DNA of 64,000 nt from NCBI GenBank assembly GCA_003349885.1, contig QFXC01000011.1:449977-513976 (forward strand), written 5' to 3'. Made by a program: the position numbers and the translations under genes. Shown one piece after another: positions 17,539-26,360 of this stretch. Numbering within the stretch: the first letter of the stretch is position 1; each line of letters begins with the position of its first letter. Source of the DNA: an endosymbiont of Galathealinum brachiosum. GTDB taxonomy: Bacteria; Pseudomonadota; Gammaproteobacteria; SZUA-229. The notes beneath the pieces were generated by a model. The model searched no databases, was not told the DNA's origin, and saw only the letters and a list, made by a program, of their open reading frames with translations.

Positions 17539-18279
17539 ATGGATGTTCTTTTAAATTTTAGTTTTATAGAATTATGTTTTGTTGCTTTGGTGTTTATCTG
17601 GACCGGGTTTGTTCGTAGTGGTCTGGGCTTTGGGGGTGGTGCTTTAGGCTTGCCCCTGATGTTGTTTATATATGATCAGCCATTATTCTGGTTACCCGTC
17701 ATTGGGTTTCATCTTCTGTTTTTTTCAAGCCTTACTTTACGTTCACGTATTAGTAAAGTTGACTGGTTATATCTAAAAAAAGCGATCTTAATAATTATTC
17801 CATTTGTATTGGTAGGTGTGCTTGGTTTAATAAAATTACCAACTAACTGGTTACTGGTGTTTATATATTCTATCACTCTGTTATATGCCATTTTATGGGT
17901 ATCAGGTTTAAATATACGCAGTAATAATAAATGGGTAGATCGGTTTTTATTATGTATTGGTGGATATGTGGCGGGTACATCATTAACCGGTGCGCCTCTG
18001 ATTGTGGCGGTATTTTTACGCCATGTATCAGCAGCATTTTTACGAAATACATTATTTGTACTGTGGTTCAGCATTGTCATGATTAAAATGACTGCTTTCA
18101 TTGTGGTTGGTATAGATCTAAATTTAATAACAGCCCTTACATTAATACCCGTAGCAACCATCGGTCATATTATTGGTTTGAAGGCTCATGATAAAATTAT
18201 ACAGAATGATGCGTTATTCAAACGACTAGTAGGTGCAGTATTAATACTTATTAGTAGCCTGGGATTATACAATATTTAA
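17539..18279 (+). CDS. Sulfite exporter TauE/SafE family membrane protein
   Basis: GFVRSGLGFGGGALGLP and GGYVAGTSLTGAPL repeats, multiple TMs. Confidence 0.85.
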   Translation: MDVLLNFSFIELCFVALVFIWTGFVRSGLGFGGGALGLPLMLFIYDQPLFWLPVIGFHLLFFSSLTLRSRISKVDWLYLKKAILIIIPFVLVGVLGLIKLPTNWLLVFIYSITLLYAILWVSGLNIRSNNKWVDRFLLCIGGYVAGTSLTGAPLIVAVFLRHVSAAFLRNTLFVLWFSIVMIKMTAFIVVGIDLNLITALTLIPVATIGHIIGLKAHDKIIQNDALFKRLVGAVLILISSLGLYNI

Positions 18280-18352
18280 AGTTGCCAGAGACTGTCAGTC
18301 TTTTAGATATATTCAACCATCTTTTTATCCCTGAAAGTGGAAAATCGTCCTT

Positions 18353-18372
18353 TTTCAGTTTGGTTTCAGTTT
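18353..18372 (+). promoter_or_regulatory. OmpR/PhoB-type tandem binding site upstream of the cytochrome cluster
   Basis: TTTCAGTTT at 18353 and 18364 (11-bp period). Confidence 0.55.
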
Positions 18373-18414
18373 CAGCTGATATTGTTAAGTTACTGAAAAG
18401 CAGGGATATACATA

Positions 18415-18996
18415 ATGACAAATTCATCACAAATTAAAGTATGGGACCCATTGGTGCGGTTTTTTCACTGGTCTCTGGTCAGTGCTTTTATTATCGCATT
18501 TATTACAGAAGATGACTTTCTAAGTATACATAGCTGGGCTGGATACCTGATTCTAGCGTTACTTATCATTCGATTTGTCTGGGGGTTTGTTGGTACACGA
18601 TATGCCAGATTTTCAGATTTTGTCTATTCCATTGAAAATATCAAACAGTTTTTAAAAGATACATTGTCGCTTAAAGCGAAACGATATATCGGCCATAACC
18701 CGGCTGGTGGTGCGATGGTCGTTTTATTAATGCTGAGTTTGTTAATGACGACAACAACAGGCATTTTAGTATTGGGTGCTGAAGAACACGCAGGGCCTGT
18801 GGCTCACTGGTTCAGTGAAACAAATGGTTTCTGGGGTAGTGCGCTTGAAAATCTGCATGAGTTTTTTGCTAATTTCACACTTTTACTTGTGTTTGTACAT
18901 GTTGCTGGTGTGTTAGTAGAAAGCCTGATACATAAAGAAAATCTGGTATCAGCGATGCTAACAGGATTTAAAAATAAAGAAGTAGAGGAGGATTAA
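18415..18996 (+). CDS. Cytochrome b/b6-domain membrane protein
   Basis: VWDPLVRFFHW, HSWAGY, GHNPAG, LHEFFAN, HVAGV heme-b histidines. Confidence 0.93.
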   Translation: MTNSSQIKVWDPLVRFFHWSLVSAFIIAFITEDDFLSIHSWAGYLILALLIIRFVWGFVGTRYARFSDFVYSIENIKQFLKDTLSLKAKRYIGHNPAGGAMVVLLMLSLLMTTTTGILVLGAEEHAGPVAHWFSETNGFWGSALENLHEFFANFTLLLVFVHVAGVLVESLIHKENLVSAMLTGFKNKEVEED

Positions 18997-18998
18997 TA

Positions 18999-19412
18999 AT
19001 GAGATACCAAACTCTATTTGTAGTGTTACTTATTGGTATGCCCGGGTTACTTCTGGCAGAAAGTGTAGCCGTAGATAAACTGTTAGAAAAATACAAAAGT
19101 CAGGGCGTAACGTTGGCAGATACTAAAAAAGGAGAGGCTTTGTGGAAAAAAACATTTGTTAGCAAAGGTGAATTTCCTGAGCGTAGTTGTACAACATGCC
19201 ATACAGATGAATTAACAAAAACGGGCAAACATATTAAAACAGGTAAAGAAATTAAACCTATGTCACCTGTTATTAATTCTGAACGATTAACAAATAAGAA
19301 AATGATTAATAAATGGTTCAAACGAAACTGCAAGTGGACTATGGGGCGTGAGTGTACGGCTCAGGAAAAGGCAAACATACTGGTTTATATAGAAAATCGG
19401 ACAAGATTCTAG
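18999..19412 (+). CDS. SHP-like (DUF1924) monoheme cytochrome c
   Basis: Signal peptide, CTTCH, and KWFKRNCKWTMGRECT (Asn ligand / disulfide motif of sphaeroides heme protein). Confidence 0.9.
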   Translation: MRYQTLFVVLLIGMPGLLLAESVAVDKLLEKYKSQGVTLADTKKGEALWKKTFVSKGEFPERSCTTCHTDELTKTGKHIKTGKEIKPMSPVINSERLTNKKMINKWFKRNCKWTMGRECTAQEKANILVYIENRTRF

Positions 19413-19422
19413 AGGTGATATT

Positions 19423-19965
19423 ATGAAAGGTTTACTCGCAATAAGCGCTATGGTTATAACTACTGGATTTCTTTCTATTCCGGCTGTGTGGAGTGATAGT
19501 GATTTTAACTGGAATAAATCATCTGGGGTTGATGCGGTTACATCACCCGTTTACAGGGAAGAATGTGGCAGTTGTCATATGAGTTATCCGCCAGGGTTAT
19601 TACCTGAAAAATCATGGGCACTTATTATGTCCGGACTTGAAGATCATTTTGGAGATAATGCTGAGCTGGATGATGAAACAGGTCAGATAATAAAACGGTT
19701 TCTGGTTAAAAATAGTGCAGATAAGTCAGGTTATAGAAAATCACATAAGTTTAATCGATCAATTAAATCGGTTGATACACCATTACGAATATCAGAAATC
19801 GATTATTTTAAACATGAACATGATGAAATTCCCCAACGACTGGTATCAGGTAATGAAAAGGTAAAAAGTTTTAGTCACTGTAATGCCTGTCATTCAGGTG
19901 CAGAGCAGGGTAAGTTTAATGAGGATGATATAAATATCCCTGGATATGGCCAGTGGGATGACTAG
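19423..19965 (+). CDS. Diheme cytochrome c (DHC)
   Basis: YREECGSCHMSYPPGLLP...HFG and SHCNACH. Confidence 0.93.
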   Translation: MKGLLAISAMVITTGFLSIPAVWSDSDFNWNKSSGVDAVTSPVYREECGSCHMSYPPGLLPEKSWALIMSGLEDHFGDNAELDDETGQIIKRFLVKNSADKSGYRKSHKFNRSIKSVDTPLRISEIDYFKHEHDEIPQRLVSGNEKVKSFSHCNACHSGAEQGKFNEDDINIPGYGQWDD

Positions 19966-19990
19966 GGCAGGATTAAGGTATACTTTAAAT

Positions 19991-20305
19991 ATGAAAAATA
20001 AAATTCTTATTATTATAAGTTTACTTTTGATATTAAGTCCATTGACTACGATTAAGGTAGCTCATGCGGATGATGACTATATTGAGGCCAGACGTCTGCA
20101 GAATGCGGGTGAAATTTTATCACTGGAGAATATACTCAAAATTATAAGACCAGAGTTTCCAGGAAGAATTCTGGAAGTAGAACTTGAGAGTGAAGATGGT
20201 CAAATAGTATATGAAGTCGAAATACTCAGTAATAATGGCATAGTAAGAGAGATTTATATCAATGCCAGAACAGGCAAGCTGTTATCGGTTAAGGAAGAAG
20301 ATTAA
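19991..20305 (+). CDS. PepSY-domain exported protein
   Basis: Signal peptide, ILEVELESEDGQIVYEVEI...INARTG; ATG 19991. Confidence 0.88.
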   Translation: MKNKILIIISLLLILSPLTTIKVAHADDDYIEARRLQNAGEILSLENILKIIRPEFPGRILEVELESEDGQIVYEVEILSNNGIVREIYINARTGKLLSVKEED

Positions 20306-20307
20306 AG

Positions 20308-20973
20308 ATGCGATTATTATTAGCTGAAGATGATCATTATCTGGTAGAAACATTGAAAAAAGATCTTCAGGCAGCGGGTTATGCTGTAGATGTGGCTGAT
20401 AATGGTGTTGATGCTGAATATCTGGGTAATGAAAAGATTTATGATATTGCCGTGCTTGATCTGGGGTTGCCTAAACGAAACGGTCTGGATGTTCTAAAAA
20501 ACTGGCGAGAAGCGAATAATCATTTACCAGTAATCGTGCTGACAGCAAGAAATGCCTGGCATGAACGGGTGGATGGTTTTAAAGCCGGAGCAGATGATTA
20601 CCTGGGTAAACCTTTTCATATTGAAGAGTTATTAGCCAGAATTGTTGCTTTACTTCATCGTTCAAGTCAGCAGCCGGGAGGTATTTTGAATGTTGCGGGC
20701 TTATCACTGGATGAAGAAAGTCAGACAGTGACAACAAAAGATAATAAAACACATAAATTAACCGGTATAGAATATCGGTTATTACGATATTTTTTATTGA
20801 ACCCGCAACGTGTTTTATCAAAGTCAAAAATAACCGAACATATCTATGATTTTGACTCTGAAAAAGACAGTAATGTGATTGAAGTGTATGTAAGGCATTT
20901 ACGACAGATATTAGGTAAGGAGAGCATTGAGACACGCAGAGGTCAGGGTTATGTTTTCAGGGGAGATGGTTAA
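20308..20973 (+). CDS. OmpR-family response regulator
   Basis: LLAEDD, VLDLGLP, GADDYLGKPF, and winged helix IETRRGQGY. Confidence 0.96.
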   Translation: MRLLLAEDDHYLVETLKKDLQAAGYAVDVADNGVDAEYLGNEKIYDIAVLDLGLPKRNGLDVLKNWREANNHLPVIVLTARNAWHERVDGFKAGADDYLGKPFHIEELLARIVALLHRSSQQPGGILNVAGLSLDEESQTVTTKDNKTHKLTGIEYRLLRYFLLNPQRVLSKSKITEHIYDFDSEKDSNVIEVYVRHLRQILGKESIETRRGQGYVFRGDG

Positions 20974-22298
20974 TGCAGTCCCTGCAATCTAAACTCAGTA
21001 CGGGTTTATTTATTAGTCTTGTGATCACGTTTTCTGCTTTGTGGTTATTAGTGAGTTTTAATGTTCAATTTCTGGCAGAAGAATATATTGCCTCACGCCT
21101 TAAACATGATGCCGATACGTTACTTAGCCGTATTAGTTTCGATCAGAATAGTCAATTAATAATTGACTCATCACGAGTTGATCTTATTTATACGCAGCCA
21201 TTTTCCGGTCACTATTATGTTATTAATACAGGTAAACAGTCTGTGACTTCTCGATCATTATGGGATCAGAAAATAACGCATAAAATAGTTGATACTGGTC
21301 AACAACTGCAATCAACACAAAAGGGGCCGGAGCAACAATCCTTATTAATAATATCGGCGGGTTATAAGAAACAGGGTAATAAACTCACTATCACTGTTGC
21401 TGAAGATCTTAATCCTATTAATGAAAATATAACTAAATTTAAAACCGGTTTTGCTGTAATGGCCGTTAGTTTTCTGTTGGTTCTACTTATATTTCAAATC
21501 ATTATATTACGACTAAGTTTAAAACCATTGAATAAAATTCAAAATGAATTAAAAGCACTTCAACAGGGAAGGCTTGAGAAGTTAAGTACGGATACGCCTG
21601 ATGAGTTACAGCCATTAATCTATGAAGTGAATCATTTGCTGGAGATAATGCAAAAGAACTTACTTCGTTCGCGTAATGCATTAGGTGACCTGGCCCATTC
21701 AATAAAAAAACCCCTAACTGTTATAAAACAGATAACCAGTAAGATTGATACATCGGAAAAAAATAGAGCGATACTGGATGAACAAAGTGAAGATATTTAT
21801 CAGATAACTGATCGTATATTAAAACGAGCAAGATTAGCTGGCCATAGTCATAGTGGAACATTGTTTTCATTTTCAGATGATTTACCGATATTAGTAAAAA
21901 CACTGGAAATGATGCATGCAAATAAAACCATTCAGTTAAACTTAGATATAACACATAACACTATCTGTCCGGTTGATCGAGAAGACATGCTGGAGTTGTT
22001 GGGTAACCTGCTGGATAATGCTTACAAATGGGCTGCCCATAAAATTACAGTCAAAGTAAAAATTAATTCTGAATTACATATTGTCATTGAAGATGATGGG
22101 CCAGGTGCTGATAATGAGAAGATAAATGAAATTTCAAAAAGAGGTGTTCGACTGGATGAAAAAGTTCATGGTCATGGATTTGGACTGGCAATTTCTGCAG
22201 ATATTATTGCAGACTATAAGGGTAGTATAAGTTTTAAGCACTCTGACGAACTTGGTGGCTTCAGAGTTGATATAACATTACCAGTGCATCAACAGTAA
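20973..22298 (+). CDS. Sensor histidine kinase
   Basis: Two TMs, HAMP, H-box DLAHSIKKPL, NLLDNAYKW, EDDGPG, GFGL. Confidence 0.96.
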   Translation: MQSLQSKLSTGLFISLVITFSALWLLVSFNVQFLAEEYIASRLKHDADTLLSRISFDQNSQLIIDSSRVDLIYTQPFSGHYYVINTGKQSVTSRSLWDQKITHKIVDTGQQLQSTQKGPEQQSLLIISAGYKKQGNKLTITVAEDLNPINENITKFKTGFAVMAVSFLLVLLIFQIIILRLSLKPLNKIQNELKALQQGRLEKLSTDTPDELQPLIYEVNHLLEIMQKNLLRSRNALGDLAHSIKKPLTVIKQITSKIDTSEKNRAILDEQSEDIYQITDRILKRARLAGHSHSGTLFSFSDDLPILVKTLEMMHANKTIQLNLDITHNTICPVDREDMLELLGNLLDNAYKWAAHKITVKVKINSELHIVIEDDGPGADNEKINEISKRGVRLDEKVHGHGFGLAISADIIADYKGSISFKHSDELGGFRVDITLPVHQQ

Positions 22299-22310
22299 TC
22301 GAGATATAAA

Positions 22311-22775
22311 ATGATTAAATTACAGTTTTTAATACTATTAAGTGCAATATTACTTCCTATAACCTCTATGGCATTGAGCCCACAAGCCATTGAAGGCAAG
22401 AATCTCTATCCAAGCTGTCATGTCTGTCATAACCCGGAAATGGATCCGCCTTTAGGGCCACCCATGTGGGGTGTGCAACGTCGTTATAAAAACAACAGCC
22501 TCGATGATGAAGACTTTATACAAAGTATGACTGATTTTGTAAAAGCGCCAACACTTAAAAAAGCGCTACAGGATAAAGCAGTTAAACGTATGGGGTTAAT
22601 GCCGGCTCTTGCCTTACCGGATGATATGTTAAAGAAAATAGCGACCTATATTCTTGAGGAAACGTTCCCACCTCCCTGTGCACACTGGAAGATTGGAGTA
22701 AAGCGATCTACAGAGCAGGGTGATTTGGAACATGCAAAAAAAGATCAGAATAAACTGAAACGATTTTGTAACTAG
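22311..22775 (+). CDS. Periplasmic monoheme cytochrome c
   Basis: Signal peptide, CHVCH, GPPMWGV, MGLMP. Confidence 0.88.
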   Translation: MIKLQFLILLSAILLPITSMALSPQAIEGKNLYPSCHVCHNPEMDPPLGPPMWGVQRRYKNNSLDDEDFIQSMTDFVKAPTLKKALQDKAVKRMGLMPALALPDDMLKKIATYILEETFPPPCAHWKIGVKRSTEQGDLEHAKKDQNKLKRFCN

Positions 22776-22948
22776 TTGTTTAACTTAAGCTTATAGAAGA
22801 AGTTAACTAATAATCTCTCTACAGCGATTAATTGTTGATAATTGTCATATCGACAAATATATAAAATTTGTTATAAATGAAAAGATTACTATTAGAATTG
22901 ATACATAATGTAGTTTAATTGAGAATATTTCTGTGCTGGAGGAATCTT

Positions 22949-24640
22949 ATGATCATCATCGGTAGGCACACAATTTTCAGACAGATATTAACTATTATTT
23001 TTAGCCTGCTACTGATATTTCAGGCAATCAGCGCACAGGCATCAAACGAGCAGTCACAACCGGCACAGACTAAAGATGTCGATATGAACTTTCGTCTCGA
23101 TAAAGTCGTAGAAAAACCCACTGTACGTTTAGATTCTAATTCTACTGCTGATCATACAAAATTTGAAGAACTGAAAAATCCCCTTATGAGTGGTCCCGAA
23201 GTCACTAAAGCCTGTCTTAAGTGTCATACCGAAGCGGGTCAGCAGTTTATGAAAAATATCCATTGGACGTGGAGTTACGAAAACAAAAAAACGGGTCAGC
23301 TTCTGGGTAAAAAATATCTGGTTAATACATTCTGTACCAACTCCCGTGGTAATGAGGGAATGTGTGCTCAATGCCATGCGGGGTATGGCTGGAAGGATGA
23401 TAGTTTTGATTTTAAAAATGAGAGCAATATTGATTGTGTAGTCTGTCACGACAGAACGGGCACTTATTATAAAACACCACCGACCAAAGGTAATAAATCC
23501 TGTTCGGTTATGTTTGAAGGTAAACAGCCAATCCAGTGGTCTAAAGTGGCACAAAATGTCGGGCTGCCCGCACGTGAAAACTGTGGAGGCTGTCATTTCT
23601 ATGGAGGAGGTGGTGACGGTGTAAAACATGGTGATCTTGATTCATCACTGATCCACCCAGATAAAAAACTCGATGTGCACATGGATGAAGCCGGACTGAA
23701 TATGGCCTGCACAAATTGTCACGTTACAAAAAAACATGTGTGGGCAGGTAGTCGTTATGATGTTATTGCAAAAGATATTCAAGGCACCGGTAAACCCGGG
23801 CAACGTAGAGATGTAGCGACCTGTGAATCTTGTCACAGTACATCGCCACATCCGAATAATAGCCTTTCAAATATTAAACTGAATGATCATGTCGATCGAG
23901 TTGCCTGTCAGACATGCCATATACCAGCCATCGCCCGTGGGGGTGTTGCGACCAAAACAGACTGGGACTGGCGAACAGCCGGTAAAACAAAAGATGGTGA
24001 AGGTTATAAAGAAAAGAATTATACCCAGGGCAATGGTGAACATCGAGCGACCTATAAATCCATAAAGGGCAGTTTTGAATACGGTGAAAATCTGCAGCCA
24101 CATTATGGCTGGTTCGATGGTCAGATGATTTACACCACCATCGATACACAATTTGACCCGAGCAGTGGTCCGGTAGATGTAAATCGTTATACCGGTTCAG
24201 CAGCAGATGAAAATTCACGTATCTGGCCATTTAAACAGATGCATACGATTCAGCCGTATGACAAAGTTAACAATACACTGGTTTATATGCAGCTATGGGG
24301 AAATGATAAAGATGCCTACTGGGGTAACTATGATTTTGGTAAAGCAATCAGGGCAGGAATGGAAAAAAATAATCTGCCATACAGTGGAGAATATAGTTTT
24401 GTAGAAACTTATTCATACTGGCCAATTACTCATATGGTGGCACCTAAAGAAGATGCATTAAGTTGTGATGAATGCCATTCGAAAGAAGGTCGACTAAAAG
24501 GTCTTGAAGGTTTTTATTTACCGGGATCGGGCGATCATTCATGGTTAGATATTCTCGGATTATTGGCACTAGCCGGTACACTGTTCGGTGTTCTGGCTCA
24601 TGGTCTGATCCGGTTTGTTTTAAATAGAGCGAGGAAATAA
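22949..24640 (+). CDS. otr: Octaheme c-type cytochrome, tetrathionate reductase (Otr) family, with C-terminal TM anchor
   Basis: Eight CxxCH (CLKCH, CAQCH, CVVCH, CGGCH, CTNCH, CESCH, CQTCH, CDECH); HWTW and LGK..VNTFC; YWPITHMVAPKEDAL; GGAGGA RBS before ATG 22949. Confidence 0.9.
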   Translation: MIIIGRHTIFRQILTIIFSLLLIFQAISAQASNEQSQPAQTKDVDMNFRLDKVVEKPTVRLDSNSTADHTKFEELKNPLMSGPEVTKACLKCHTEAGQQFMKNIHWTWSYENKKTGQLLGKKYLVNTFCTNSRGNEGMCAQCHAGYGWKDDSFDFKNESNIDCVVCHDRTGTYYKTPPTKGNKSCSVMFEGKQPIQWSKVAQNVGLPARENCGGCHFYGGGGDGVKHGDLDSSLIHPDKKLDVHMDEAGLNMACTNCHVTKKHVWAGSRYDVIAKDIQGTGKPGQRRDVATCESCHSTSPHPNNSLSNIKLNDHVDRVACQTCHIPAIARGGVATKTDWDWRTAGKTKDGEGYKEKNYTQGNGEHRATYKSIKGSFEYGENLQPHYGWFDGQMIYTTIDTQFDPSSGPVDVNRYTGSAADENSRIWPFKQMHTIQPYDKVNNTLVYMQLWGNDKDAYWGNYDFGKAIRAGMEKNNLPYSGEYSFVETYSYWPITHMVAPKEDALSCDECHSKEGRLKGLEGFYLPGSGDHSWLDILGLLALAGTLFGVLAHGLIRFVLNRARK

Positions 24641-24642
24641 TT

Positions 24643-25293
24643 ATGGCACAGCGTCGTATAATGTTGTTTACCCGCTTTGAACGCTTCTGGCACTGGTCGC
24701 AGATGATATTAATAATGATATTGCTGTTTACCGGTTTCGCCGTTCACGGTTTTCATAATCTGGTCTCTTTTAAAGTGGCAGTGAGCTGGCACACGGGTAG
24801 CGCAATTGCATTGCTGTTGTTATGGGTGTTCGCTATTTTCTGGCATTTAACGACCGGCACCTGGCGGCATTATGTACCCACGACGAATGGATTACTGAAA
24901 GTGGCAAAATTTTATGCTTTTGGTATTTTCAAAGGTGAGCGCCATCCTTACCGTAAAGCCTACTGGCGTAAACACAATCCACTGCAGGCAATTTCTTATC
25001 TGGCGCTTAAATTAGTTTTATTTCCCGGTATCTGGATCAGCGGATTATTTTACCTGCTTTATTCTTTCTGGGGTGCAGCTGCTTCTGGTGAAGTATTAAT
25101 GTGGGTAGCGATAATCCATACGATATTCGCTTTTGCTATTGCCGCATTTATAATTATTCACGTGTACTTATTAACAACCGGACACTCAATTAAAGAACAT
25201 GTAATGCCAATGATTGACGGCTTTGACGAAGTTGAGTTGAGTGAAGCTGAAGAGGCTTATCTGGAAAAAGATGAGCCGGGGCATATACAGTAA
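24643..25293 (+). CDS. Cytochrome b subunit (PhsC/YdhU-like)
   Basis: FTRFERFWHW, H in TM2, KHNPLQ, IIHVY; starts 2 nt after the otr stop. Confidence 0.9.
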   Translation: MAQRRIMLFTRFERFWHWSQMILIMILLFTGFAVHGFHNLVSFKVAVSWHTGSAIALLLLWVFAIFWHLTTGTWRHYVPTTNGLLKVAKFYAFGIFKGERHPYRKAYWRKHNPLQAISYLALKLVLFPGIWISGLFYLLYSFWGAAASGEVLMWVAIIHTIFAFAIAAFIIIHVYLLTTGHSIKEHVMPMIDGFDEVELSEAEEAYLEKDEPGHIQ

Positions 25294-25302
25294 ACAATAT
25301 TA

Positions 25303-25345
25303 AAAGGGGACGGAGGGATTATTTTTTAATCCCTCCGTCCCCTTT
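25303..25345. terminator. 19-bp perfect inverted repeat between convergent genes (bidirectional terminator / REP-like)
   Basis: AAAGGGGACGGAGGGATTA-N5-TAATCCCTCCGTCCCCTTT. Confidence 0.75.
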
Positions 25346-25399
25346 ATGCTTTTGTATATACCAGACTATCAGTTAAAAACTAATGAGTTAACCCAATCT

Positions 25400-26137
25400 T
25401 CATGATCGTAATTCAGATATTACAGTCGATTCAATATTGGGTATTTCATCTGTGAGTTTGGCGTAAGTAAGTGACATGCTTGCTTCTTCAATATCAGAGA
25501 CTTTCCACTGTCCATTTTCCATGGTAAACGACCAGACGGTTTCGACTTCTTTATAACGTTTGCTGCCTTCTACAACTTTTCCTGTTTGCCGGCTCTGAAG
25601 ATAGTCTTTCATTTTGGCTTCCATTGAAATAATAACGATAGAATCTTCATGTTCTTTTCCCTGATTTCTATGTACAAACATAACCGGTTTGATATTAGTA
25701 ATTTTTTTAACATCACAGATATTCACAAGACCGTCTTTTTTCCATTTATCAAGATGTACCAGTTGCTGATTTTGCCAGTACCAGTCAGTCATCCAGTGGG
25801 AAACCTCAGACAGGTCTTCTTTATCCCAGGCGGAATGTACTCTAAAGAAACAGTCTTTGGCTCGTTGTTGAATGTTAATCCAGTCAAATAACGGGTCATA
25901 TGCGGCCATAAATCGCAGGTCTTTACGTGCCCGACGTTCAGCAATTTTCTCCTGTAGCATAACGTAAAGTATTAATGGTAAGAATACGAGAGTAAGAAGG
26001 CCAAGAATAATGCGCCCCCAGAATGTCTCGAAAGCAGCACTGGCTATTTTGCCTCCGGGTCCAGCTATAGCAGGTTCTATAAGAAGCAGGCTGACAATAA
26101 ACATGATGAAAACACTAAAAATAACATTACGTTTCAT
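25400..26137 (-). CDS. Tim44-like domain membrane protein
   Basis: N-terminal TMs, then AKDCFFRVHSAW...DL...MT...EAKMKDY...ETVWSFT..NGQWKVSDI. Confidence 0.75.
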   Translation of the reverse strand: MKRNVIFSVFIMFIVSLLLIEPAIAGPGGKIASAAFETFWGRIILGLLTLVFLPLILYVMLQEKIAERRARKDLRFMAAYDPLFDWINIQQRAKDCFFRVHSAWDKEDLSEVSHWMTDWYWQNQQLVHLDKWKKDGLVNICDVKKITNIKPVMFVHRNQGKEHEDSIVIISMEAKMKDYLQSRQTGKVVEGSKRYKEVETVWSFTMENGQWKVSDIEEASMSLTYAKLTDEIPNIESTVISELRS

Positions 26138-26360
26138 GAGATCTTCCTGATATCCGAGTTTACGTGTAGAAAAGAATACTCTTTAATATTAGATGTAATT
26201 TCTCGCTTATCCAGTTATATGATTCATAGCCTGAGTATTGATTGTCAGGTATCAAGTACCGCAAGGGTGATGTGAGAAGGGATATAAAAATATTTATCTC
26301 AGTGTACTCACGCTAAATTTGCTAAAATTGCTGAATTATTAAGCAATAAGTTAGAAATTG

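Noticed and set aside
11550-26137. Treating the whole mnmE-mnmG interval as one island
   Set aside because: The att core, arm sites and IHF site close the element at 11548; no further mobility genes or repeats of the core were seen.
26250-26275. AAGTACCGCAAGGG resembles a large-subunit rRNA hairpin
   Set aside because: Match is about 14 nt with no flanking similarity; an ordinary GNRA mini-hairpin.
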